From positions 10,974,878 through 11,038,877 of the forward strand of contig NW_002060943.1 in the NCBI RefSeq assembly GCF_000150275.1: 64,000 nt of DNA, given 5' to 3'. Position 1 is the first letter of the stretch; each line of letters opens with the position of its first letter. The DNA comes from Trichoplax adhaerens (taxonomy: Eukaryota > Animalia > Placozoa). Of this stretch, positions 41,301-52,777 are shown piece after piece. The notes under the pieces were generated by a model, which saw only the letters and a list, made by a program, of their open reading frames with translations, had not been told where the DNA came from and did no database searches. A program made the translations under genes and the position numbers.

Positions 41301-44300
41301 GCAAGGTAAAAATTTTGCAATCGCCTTTCATTGCAGCTTGATGCATTAATGTATTTCCATATTCCTAATGGAGTAAGGAACAAGCAAAAGAAAATGTCAA
41401 CCTTTAAAAGCCGATTATGGTTTCAATTTTGAGTGATCATAGCAACATCAGAATAGCTTAAGCTACTAGAAGCACTAAATCGAGCAAAAATTGGCTTACA
41501 TTGGAATAGTTAGGATCGGCACCATACTGCAATGCCCATTGAACTGCCTTATAATTCCCTTCCATGACAGCCAATCTCAATAAAATTTGCTGATAGCAAA
41601 ATAAATTTATCAACATGCTTTAATTCAAAGTCCATCGAAGAAAATTTTAATAGAAATCTACACAATTCTGCAGCATTTAAGTAATCCCAATGATCTGTCA
41701 AGTTAATCTTTCTTTATCGATTCTATCTTACCGGTTGATCTATATCGTTATTGTTTTGAATACTCTTATACAGTTTTTCACTCTGTGACATGCTTTTTTC
41801 CACACCATCCTTCTTGCTAATCTATAATGAAAATAGTTATAAAGAATTACTAATTTAATTTTTATCTACTTACACTCAATAAAGAGATTCATCGGTAAAA
41901 TAAAATAAGAAATTGATCGACTACTTTGTAAGCGTTTATGAACCTATTAGATGGATAAAGTATAATAGCTTCAAATAATAAAAAATGAATTTCTTATATT
42001 AATAGTTTAGCTTTTCACCCACAATTGAAAGTACAGTATTTAGATTTACTCATGTATAGTATTGCAAAAGATATGTTGAAGTAGTTCATGAAATTTAGCG
42101 CAAAGTATTCTCAATTGTAGATCGCCTAATTTAATATAAATCCGTTGAAAGTACGCGTATAAATACGAAAATTTAGCCTAATGTGCTCGTGTGCTCATAC
42201 CAGTTATATAAATTAGATAGTGTAGTAAATTATTACAAAAATTACTCTTATCGAGGCTTTACCTGATCAGTAGCTAAAATGTAATCAGTTTTAATATCAT
42301 CTAAGGTCAAGGCTGATTCCACTTCGGGTTGAAATAAGATTCGGCAGGCATTTCATTTATATTTTAAAGTGAAAACAAATTCAAAGCATGAAATTAGAAA
42401 TAGAAAACACTAACGATATGAAATAAAAGGAGCTAATGCTGAGTGTAACCGTTAGAAATTTTATTGCTAACTATCCATCACTTTAGTAAACTTTAAGAGA
42501 ATTTTTATTTTTACTATCTAATTAACTATTGACCAATTTTGGAGATAATTAAGCAATCGATAACCTAATGTATTTTATATTTTGGACAACAATAATAGAA
42601 ATTTTATATTTTTTTACCAACTAATTCTGGATAGCCTTCTATCTGGATAGCATCAATTTCACAAAATTGATTTACTATGGTGCAATCAAGTTCAAGCATG
42701 ACGGTATCCGTTTGAAATGGAGGAATCTGAAAAATTTAATAGGTGAGTAATCGGTTTTAAGCCATAATACAACAAACAGTCATAAAATCTTTACCACTCT
42801 ATTCAATTAGTAGAAATAAGATAGTCGCTATTCTATCGGCATAGTTCTGTTAAAGCAATCCAGTGCTTTTAATACTGATCTATTAAACACTATAGATTAA
42901 CTCTATTTATCTCTAACCGTTTGCAGAAATGGAGCAAATATTCGAGCAATCTTGTATGATAATGGAAACTTGCTTGGGCTCATTTCCCAAATTGGGATCC
43001 ATTGCTCTTTGTCTTTGTTCCATACACAGATTCCTTTAACAGCCCCACAGTTATAGGTTTCATAGATATTAATTTTCTTGATATAAATGGATTCTTCAAA
43101 TTTCACCTATGGCACAAATTATTGTCTTTGTGAATCAAACTAATTACATATTCTTATCATCAATTATTTCTGCAAAAGAATGCAGAAATAGCATCTTGCT
43201 TTAACGTTAAGGTTAGGATTTATTGAAATGATTCATTATAGCTTTCTAATTTCGTTGTTATACATAAGTAATCATTAGTAACAGTATTAGTAGTATGGTT
43301 ATATCTTTGTAATCAAATTCTGTTCTTCAGGATAAAAAAACAAATTTGCAATATCATTCTGTGGTGGAGACAGTAGTTAGGTACAATGTGATAATTGCGG
43401 TAGGTCAACGTGGTGGCTGCCGTGAGTAAAGTGTGAATACTAACTGTGACTAATAATGCAACTTAAGAAATCTAAGGTAGAAAACGGCAGTATTTGTAGC
43501 AATGGCATTAGAACACATGCAGAGAACATCATTGTAGGATTAGATACAACATATACCATAACAGGTTATAGAATAGCAGATGATTGTAGAAAATAGCGAG
43601 GACTGTAATAACTAAATGTAGTAAGCCATATTTGAACCTAGAGCGAACAGACTGTAGATATGTCTAAATATAAGATCAATACAGCATGTCTATATTTAAG
43701 AGTAAAATATAGTTACAGTATATTCTAAATACACTACACATTCGATATTATACGCTAAAATTATAGCGATGTGTTTTACACGATACCGGTAACTAGCTAA
43801 TCTCGCATATTTGAACGCTCGTTGTCCGTAATGAATTACGTATGTTATGTATTTCAGTTATCTATCTGGTAAGTTATTTATATTAATACTTTTAATAGAT
43901 CAGAAATGGAGGAATTAATGAAATGAAATAAAATTTGAAAAGAATAGCTACTCCAGGCTTAGTTTATAAAGCAAATCTCAATATAAAAGTGCTTGTTGAT
44001 AACTGATGGTTATTATAGATTCGTATATATGATAAACGTTTCTTGGTTTCCATCGCAGAATTTATAACTATACTACTCACCCACAGATTCTACATATACT
44101 ACAACCTACTTCGTAATAGAATATAATCTAAGTAATATAACTGGTATAATATTAATTAAAGCAATTCTTAAATTATTAAAGCATTATAATATTGAGATAT
44201 AAATTCTAATAGCTGACGATCATTTATAAGGTAGAACGGAAATTTATACAACTAGGCGGCTTGCTTCTAGAATCTATGGAAATTGTAGGAATATCTTTAT

Positions 44301-47063
44301 AGAATATTGTCACAAGTTGTACAATCGGTATGATATAGACTAGCGAATTTCTTTCAAGATTTTAAAACCATTTTGATGTTACAATGTAAAGTCTTACGTT
44401 CGATGATCTTGATGATTAATATCTTACTAATCTAGCGTATTACAATGACGTTTAAAGTGTTTTTAATGATACGTATTTTTATACACGAAAGATTCGATCA
44501 CGTCTAGAAGCACTATTGAACGATATGATACTGTATTGATATATTATTGATTGCAAAAATTTGACAAAAAACGATCGTATAACAAATATAAAGTTCGTGG
44601 GATACTGTTTGACATCTAATTAAGAAAAGAAAAGTAATCGCAAATCATGAATCATAGATTCTTACCACAATGCACTGATCATTATCGTATTTGCCCTGAG
44701 CCCAAGCTCCTTCTAAATGACCATACCTAGGATAAACAGTAGGAGGACCAATGACACAGTCGGCATTCCATCTAAAGCATAAAAGATAAATGTCGTTTAT
44801 ATACATGGCAGTAGAGACTTAAGTCTGTTTATTTACTTAGAAAAACAAGTAATGGTTAATATCACCAAACTAGATATGAAATTTTTTTACCATAACATGC
44901 ATATTCTAGTATCTTAATTATTATGACATTCGTAATAATTCATATTCTAAAACTAGACATAAATGTTTTCGTGGTTAAAGATATGTAAAAGTGTCACAAA
45001 CCAGCTTAGTGACAAGGATAACGTAAAATAAATCTCTAAATTACTATAGTCTCCGGGATTCGGTATCCCTTGACTATCTCACAAGAATTTAGACGCCTTT
45101 GATTCTACGTTAAACTCAACTAGACAATTGAGAACTACTTTATTCAACTATCTGACGGGCTTATATACCCTTCTACAGCAGCTAACATTCATGAGTCATC
45201 TTATATAAAATACTTAGGTGAGAACATCTACTAATTAATTTTTCACAGTCGGACTACAATATATCCATTCACAGAATCATTTCAGTGCACATTACAACAC
45301 AGCATTAAATTTACTGTAACATATTTATAATTAGAGTAATTCCTATTGTAAGTAACTAGTTGTAATATATTATCACTATATTATATTCACCAAATTTAGA
45401 TAGCTATTTCTTCACGGTAGTTCGTACCGTGACAAAAAGATATAACAGTTTCGTTAACTGCATGAAACGGAAAATGGCGAAAATCTAACAAAGGCTATAT
45501 AATGTCGCTAGTGTTTGGTAACTGTTTTGCTGTAAACTGATTTCGTCCAAACTGGATATAAAAATTTTTATCATCTACGACATAGACATTCTAATATCTA
45601 TTTTGATTACTGTAATATACGAAATAGTTCATATTTTACTATAGAGATGAGTATTTTTACTGTTATAAATATGTGGAAGATATACGCGTACTATTTACGC
45701 TAGCTGCACGAAATTAGTTACAGGACTTGACCGAAAAAATAACGAAAATCTATTAGAGACTTTATAAGGTTAGAAGTGCTTGCTAATTTTGTAGATTTTC
45801 TTTTGAATTTTGATCATTTCTTAGCTGTAAACTGATTTCGTACAGTCACTGTAACTAAGATATCTTCAAATCTATAATATGCGTCATAGTTACTATCGCC
45901 AAATTAGATGTAAAAAGTTTTGTAACCAAGGACATCAATAATCCTAATTACTAGAATATGCATAATTTAACAGGCGAAGGAGAAACCTCAGCTGGAGGGG
46001 GAGAATTTAATACCAAATCTCATTCTACGTTTAACTACAGTAGGAAATGATGAGAATAGAAATCTAACCTGCAGTTATCCAATTGGCTTGAGTAACTCAT
46101 AACTTCATGAGCCCACAGTTTCTTTCTTGGTGGTGGTGGTGGAGGTTTGTCTTCTTTAACTTCAGTCTTTTCCGATTCAGCATCAGTTTTGTCTGATGCC
46201 TGAATATCTTTTTCTGATTTGGAATCTTCAGTTGCCGAAGGCGATGTTTTTCCTTTATCGGTCGTTGTTTTTGATGCCTGTGATTTTGATACAGTTGTTG
46301 CTGTTTTACTATCGGCCGTAGTTGTTGATATTGTAGGATTAGTAGAAGTAGTTGATGTTGTGGGATTAGTCGAAGTGGTTGGGGTTGTAGGCTTGATCGA
46401 AGTGGTTGGTGTTGTGGACTTAGCGGAAGCTGTTGATGTTGCTGGCTTAGTAGAGGTTGCCGGCGTTGTTGGCTTGCTAGAGGTAGTCGATGTTGTTGGC
46501 TTATTACTGGAGGTAGTCGATGTTGTTGGCTTGGTAGAAGAGTTTGGTGTTGTAGACTTGCTTGTAGGCTTACTTGCTGCAGTCTTCGCGGTGTTTGTTA
46601 CTTTTATAGGCTTACCACTAGGTGTCAGTGTCGTAGGTGCCGTTTTTGAGGTCGGCGTTGTTGGCTTTTTAGCTATAGTAGATCCTGAAGATTTAGGAGG
46701 CTGGTTTGCACCTGGAGTCTTGCTATCAGTAAAGAAATTAGCATAAGCTGGCTTTTCTTCTGTCGGTGGAGAAGACGAATTTTCCTGACTTCGCATCTTC
46801 AAAAATAGCGGAGAGGATGCCAGAGTATTAGGTCTTTCATTCGCCGCGATAGTCTTGCTTGTTTTTTGGGGTAGTGATGTAACAGGTGTTGGATTAGTAT
46901 GATTAGCGGATGTTACATTAGAATTTGATCCATTATTGGATGCGTCCGATATCGATGGCATCAATATTTGGGGGCCAGATATGTTGGGAGCACTGTTTCG
47001 TGGAATTAAAGGCTTTGTAGGCTTATTAGAACCCCTCGTATAGTCCGCCGATGGGCGAATCAT
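26392..47063 (-). CDS. Ankyrin-repeat TRPM-like cation channel, paralog A (low-complexity N-terminus, FBXL4-N-like domain, ~18 ANK, SLOG/MHR, 6TM, TRP box)
   Basis: Phase-compatible exon chain from ATG 47063: 47063-46069, 44771-44666, 43106-42918, 42726-42618, 42321-42263, 41821-41732, 18 phase-0 ankyrin-type exons 41589-34956, 34126-34046 (GGKIHF...SK), 33699-33331 (YIRMTS...[15 protein letters not shown]), then MHR exons ([19 protein letters not shown]; [12 protein letters not shown]; DDRLDFV; FIWSILARR; WGNATCLQI), S2 [16 protein letters not shown], pore [24 protein letters not shown] box WKFQRY, and stop TGA at 26394-26392. Confidence 0.85.
28740..29110. repeat. Intronic degenerate direct repeat (~135 bp x2; ~28740-28875 and ~28975-29110)
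   Basis: gcagacttattaaa.gggt.taatcat ... tataaata.tc.gca ... agtaatcctat.ctaatatactt occurs twice. Confidence 0.75.
31739..32552. repeat. Intronic degenerate tandem duplication (~370-440 bp x2)
   Basis: Collinear shared anchors in 31739-32090 and 32112-32552: taacctaaaaata, ttgctactttt, aatacgagtataat, ttagattt.caatta, ttgatag.cc.tagctgcat, agcttttata.tctagtctt..ctagtt. Confidence 0.8.
33746..34015. repeat. Intronic degenerate tandem repeat (~140 bp x2)
   Basis: ttatcttaaa...atactaa.aatt.tg.aattg...gactgatat.c.gattaata.gat occurs twice. Confidence 0.7.
37620..37922. repeat. Intronic tandem repeat (~112 bp x ~2.7)
   Basis: aattta..cattatc...ttt.tacta....taaatt.tag..aa.ag.aagga.tgatg occurs three times. 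Confidence 0.8.
39165..39560. repeat. Intronic tandem repeat (~118 bp x ~3.3)
   Basis: Recurrent tatctagttcc.atct / agact.gcaact.a / tt.acaatt.t.cta units. Confidence 0.7.
42618..46120 (-). other. FBXL4-N-terminal-like (discoidin/galactose-binding-like beta-sandwich) domain exons of paralog A
   Basis: Spliced translation: [145 protein letters not shown]. The motifs SSQ / GPPxVYPxYG / ETYxxGAV / ARxFxP / E(I/L)DAxxxxG match my recollection of the FBXL4 N-terminal domain; no search was run. Confidence 0.7.
45470..45860. repeat. Intronic degenerate direct repeat
   Basis: aaaat..cgaaaatcta ... gctgtaaactgatttcgt occurs at ~45470-45550 and ~45735-45845. Confidence 0.55.
46069..47063 (-). other. 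First coding exon of paralog A: Pro/Ser/Thr/Lys-rich low-complexity region ending in [21 protein letters not shown]
   Basis: 342-aa ORF with no signal peptide. Donor AG|GTTAGA at 46069/46068 is phase-compatible with the exon at 44771. Confidence 0.75.
46300..46580 (-). repeat. Coding ~27-bp degenerate minisatellite (KPTTSTTSS-type 9-aa repeats)
   Basis: Recurrent gttgttggcttagtagaggtagtcgat-like units on the + strand, giving KPTT/NPTT repeats in the translation. Confidence 0.8.
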
Positions 47064-50000
47064 GTTGTCTTTATCGATTTAAATCCTTAATTAATCTATC
47101 AATAACAAAATGAGAGGAATGAATTCAACTCAATACTTAATAAATGACACTACCAGTAATAAAGGTAATTTAATCGATTTCAATATGGTGTTTTAATACG
47201 AGATAACAAATAAAATTATTTCAGTTTTTATTGACTATTTTAATATAATAATTAATCCGCTTTACTTTTGATACAAAAAGCACCTAAAAAATCCTATTTT
47301 ATAAATCGATCACGTTATGATGGTGGTGACTAGCTTTCCATGATACTTTACTTGTTATACGAAGTATTATAAGACTAAAGACATAACATCTATTGAAATA
47401 CAATGCCTAACTTATATGATGCCTTTAGATTTAATCTCAGAACATGGGGGAAAATATTTCTGTCGATCATAAAAGAACCGAATATAGCTATCCTCTTCGC
47501 TTAAATTGTCATTAATTCCAATTTTATCGCGCTGACAATAAAGCAATTTAGCCTAGTTCCTAGTTTTCTGTCTCGATCTTACAACCAGTAAATTCTTAAT
47601 ATTGATTATTCATAAAAGAAACCTTCGGTACATTCTACTCTTACCCACATTTAAGATTAGGCATCTTTGTAACTACTGCTGAAGAAATCCCAGCGTGATA
47701 GATAGAGCCTGCTAGGGTGCTGTCTATAAATAATAACACTATAACATCTCAAGTGATTTCTTACGCAAATAAATTCACTGTATATGAGATGACTTAATAG
47801 TCCTACAGGGAGAAAACTAACGCAATCTAAGCAAGAATGAATCATGTCGGAAACGCCCAATACTTAATAGATAGAAACGAATAAATGATAGTTATTCGAG
47901 AAAAAGTGTAGGTGAAAAATCGTATTTACTGGAACGATAGAATAACAATGATAAATAAAACTATAGGTTAGCAATAATGCTGTGGAAGGAAATAACTAAT
48001 TAAGATTAAATTTACTTGATAAAGTATAAATAGAAGTAGAGAAAGAATCGAACAGATAAAACATTAAAAGAGAAAATTAGCTTTCCGTGATAAAAAAACG
48101 TATTTGTACGATTCATTTCACGATAATCATAACTAAGCAGGTTGTATTGCTTGATTCATATCGTGTTTTATTAGCCAAAATAACATAAAACATTTCTATT
48201 TAATCTTTCAAGATGAGCAGCACCATCTTACCTGAAGTTAAACTTGATCGATGTCTAAATATTACCCACTATGAAATGCTGACTGATCCTTTTTGTAATA
48301 ATAGTCTATCATACTATTCTTTACTAGATAGCTATTGATTGAGAATAAATTCAGACGCCATTCAATGGCTTATATTAATTAAACTATTCTAATGGAGTAA
48401 TTTAGAATGGTACCTTTCCAATCTTTTACAAATGAAAAATGCCTTAGTCGTATTGCTATTTACAAAATTGCATAATGGAAGGAAAGTATAATAACTACGC
48501 CTGCATTTTAAATAGTTGATTATAATAACTGATTTACAGATAAAGTTATACAAATATTATCACAATAGGTAGCTGCATTAAGGAATAATTTACATAATAT
48601 CTCCACAAATGGAAATTGTTATTATCATTTCAAGGTTATAGTCATGCTAGTTGGATTGTAGCTATTGATCTTGATTATCTACAAACAAATGCTAATGGGA
48701 AAATAATCTCGGCCTAATCAATATTGAACGTATTAAGATCTTACTTATGGCCAAGTGAGAGTGTTCTAAAATTGATTCCAAATGCTTCCAGTCGATGTCG
48801 TGGCTATCGTTCTCATACTAGCAATTAAGGTTAAGACTGATTGAAATGCTATCAACCAATATAGTTAATTTTTCTTCTACTATACTTATTAATGAGATAT
48901 GATAGCTATTGTAATGCCACTGGATAAATTATAATGTATTATAAATATCGAACAATGACTCAAACTGGAGAAATATTTAGAATTAATTAAAACTTGAATA
49001 GTATGTTACTGCTTCACAGACATTCATTATAGGAAATTACTAAAGAAGGTTGTAGTTGTTGCCTATTAATATTATATCATCTCTGATGCTATTTTAGACA
49101 GACAGGGTTTATACTGAGCCAGACACATAGGGTTAATGTTATAGATATTTATCTAGACATTATTCGGATTCAGTTTTGGTACATGTTACATTTCTAGGAA
49201 CTCTAAATTGGTACATAATGTTAACTTTCATCAGTATATATGCTGCAATTATGATGAAACTAACGGGTAATTTTGATTATAAAATACAGTAGCAGTTATG
49301 TTCCATTGTCATCGAATACAGTGCGAACTTGAAGACTTTCTGGCTTCTCTAAGTGTTTCTTTAATAATTATGTGCTATATACCTGTGATATATACCAATC
49401 ACGAGATTCCAAATTTTAGAAAAATAAGGGCTTTATTGAATCTTATACAAAGATTGACTACACACAGCTCTACTCTAGCCGAATACTACTACTAAAGACT
49501 TTTAGAACGAACTAACAGAATAATCTAAAGTTGCATGCTTTTATACTTTTCGTAGCATTCGCAGCTACAATCCGCATGGCAATCTTTTACCTTATATTAC
49601 ACATAGTTAAATTATTCTTAGAAAGACTATTCTACTGCGGACCATCATTAATCCAATATGGATACGACTACAGTACTTACGTAGACATTATTCACACCAG
49701 CCAAAGTACAATGAATTAACCATATCCTAATATATGATTTACAGTTCTATTTTTACCTATAGCCTTATTAGTAACTCAACAGCTTACTGTATATAGTCAT
49801 ATGTACTCTAGCATAGAGTCTATACCACTACAGTCTATAGTTATAGCTACCAGATATCTCTTAGGATGAATATCTACCGTACATTATACTAAACGTGGCT
49901 AATAGTCTACAATCACAATACTAGTTACATTACAATACCGTAGAAAGATACAATTTGCAGTTAAAATACGATCATTAATGTAGCAATTTCGAGAATCTAG

Positions 50001-52777
50001 GGCATGACTTATCTTATCATACTGTATGTGACTGATTGCCAGTCTAATTTAAAGCACTTTAGGGTGATAAATTGATAGTCTATATTACAAACTAAGCTGT
50101 ACAGCATATAAAAGGTAGTATACTTCAGCAGTTGAGTAGCTCAAGTTAGAGTGAAGTAAGAAGACTAAGGATTAAGCTATCCCTAAATTCATGAATCTCA
50201 TTCAAATTGATAGTTTGATTGATCTAGGCAACTTTTTTGCCCCTTCGTTATTTCGTTAAGTGATTTCAACAAGACAGTCTCTACGAATTCTAATATACTG
50301 GCTTTTTTCCTAGACCCAGTTTGAGTTGGATTTTAAAAGCTGTTATAAGATTTTACGTCTGTTACTCATATCTATACGTTCTATAGACATAATATTAGCA
50401 GTTTTTCAACAGAATTTATACTAACTTATAATATATTTAATTATCGTATCTAACATTACGTAACATTATTGATCTAATTAAACTTTATTAGAATCAATTG
50501 CTTTTATAAATACTACTAAATAATTAATATTTCGTATGGAATCTGATATACTTATATTAATCAAGTTACAATTTATTATGATTAAGTATATTTAAAATGT
50601 GTCTGTCTCTCGATCTCACTCAATACTAATATTGTAGTGATGCACTTTATGTTTGATTATAAGGATATCCATATTTGATATAGCTGGGTTACTACGAATA
50701 GATATTATCGTGAAGCTAATATTAGATGATTGATAACCACTATATTAGAAATTGTTGGTGACTAATAGCCAGTTGACTAATTATGGTACAAGATTTATGT
50801 GGCTAGAAACACTGTAATTGTGAAAATGACCAACACCGAAAGGAGCTGGACGATAATAGAAGAGTAGTGATATCTTAAGTAGAATGATTTAGATTTTAGA
50901 AGATAGTGATATTCTATTTGAGAAAAGCTATTTTTTTGATGACTCATGTCTAAGAGTAGATTAATCAAGTAGTCATAAATGGATTTAGCGAAATGAATTT
51001 AAGAACTGCAGAGATGAGCTCTTAGAGAGAGAAGAGACTTCGCTTCGCTTTGAGCTTGGAATACTTAGATTTTGGACTGGATTCTTGTAGTAATCAATTA
51101 TTGCTCTACTATTCCTAAAATCTTATAGCAAAAGCCTTTAGAAAATATCATTGACTAAGACAGTTGTTGTGAGCCACTTTTATTACACACTTCGAAGGGT
51201 CTATATAATTTGCATGATTATTTGTATTGACTATTACCGAACTTTTTTAAATTAAATTCTATTGTACTTTAGCGAAATAGATCTAAAAAATTTTCAGAAG
51301 TATAAAAAGCGTATGTATGTAATACTTAGAGGCTTTAAAATAAGAGTCTTTTTTAGTATTCCCTAAAATATATTTCATTTCATACATTTCAGTATGAACC
51401 AGATTAAATCACTCGCAATACGATAAATTAGTTTTACAAATATTAAAAAGTGTTCTACTGTATCAGGAATAGTTACAATACTATTAAACATAACTAAGTA
51501 TTCTAAGTTGCATATCTTGTTAACTCTTTCTCTAGTGGGATTTACAATATGCTAAAATCACTGACGATCTGAATAACGGTAACAATAGTACCTAATATGA
51601 TCAATTTAGCTATGCTTTATTGGGGCTAATTATATTATAAGAATATTTGTGCATTCTAAAGTTACATATCTATAATATTTGCTTAATTAATGTATTAAAA
51701 CATCTCCCTGCACTATAAACCTGAACGATGCTGATACTTGCTATCAGAACAAATATTCAACTGTGGATGTTTGACTGGGGTTACTAATATTGTCGAATGC
51801 TAACATTATTCCTAAACAGGTTTATCTGCATTGAAAACACATCTAAATCGTACTTAATTCTTGTTACTCACATTTAATAGCGAGAGTTAGGTAACATTAT
51901 TTGTTTTGTGTACTTGACTAATATTATCATTATACTTATAATATGAGCTTATTTGGTAGTAGTAGATATTATTATAGGTAGTTGAAAGCTATAAATTATG
52001 ATATATTTAATATGTCCTATAGCAGTTGAATGGGAATTATAGTACGACAACATTGCCAAAAATCTGTACTACAATAAATCTCGTAAATTTACTATAATCT
52101 TATCTAAATAGACCCTCTTTATTTCGCTCTATTATAACCACGAACATTAAATGCACAATTTTTAAAAATTGTAATCACTTAGCGATATGCTAGATGCGTA
52201 CACACCTGACAGCTTTTAAATCAGAAATATTCAATTCCCATGTTAGCAAAATGTTGTAATTAAAGCTGAACTAATAATCTATATGTAATGCTAACTTACT
52301 TGCATGGCATAGTAAGGTTGTGATAAGAGGATAAAAATTATTCAAATATACCACATGAATAAGCATCAACCTTATAGTACAAAGCAATAATTACGATACT
52401 CGCCATTCGTATATGATATAAGACGGAAATTTTGGATATTTAACGACTTCATAAAATGTTATCTTGATAGCTACAGTTATACGTATATGGTTAAAACCCA
52501 TTACTACGGCAGATAACTGACTCTGAAGGATTCTAATCAGATTATGTACCATACGAGTAATACTTAAATAATTAGTTGCAGTTTGATTTAAGCAATTCGT
52601 TAATATCTTAACTTAAAAATACTAAGTAATTGGCAAAGACTTTAAATTACTAGCCAAGGAAATAAAACAAATACGTATAAGGAATATCAATCATTTGTTA
52701 TATCTTTAAGAGTTTCATTAACGTTAAATTTTGACGATATCGGTTATACCATTGTACTTGTACAGTTGTCCGAATTT

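Larger units (their letters stand above)
34956..41589 (-). repeat. Ankyrin-repeat array of paralog A (18 phase-0 exons, mostly ~99 nt, about one repeat each)
   Basis: Examples: [25 protein letters not shown] (41364), [25 protein letters not shown] (40449), [27 protein letters not shown] (39815), [12 protein letters not shown] (38812), [26 protein letters not shown] (36783), [21 protein letters not shown] (35596). Confidence 0.9.

Noticed and set aside
45412-45432. Hairpin tcacggta-gttcg-taccgtga
   Set aside because: A single 8-bp stem in an intron, with no RNA-gene context.
46219-46746. 175-aa Val-rich + strand ORF
   Set aside because: Antisense shadow of the Thr/Pro repeat exon (ACN codons give few stops on the opposite strand).
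47657-49719. Short ORFs (47657-47860, 49298-49495, 49531-49719) between the channel genes
   Set aside because: No motifs, and compatible with chance in AT-rich DNA. The donor-like site near 47645 may mark a 5' UTR exon of paralog A, but this is unsupported.
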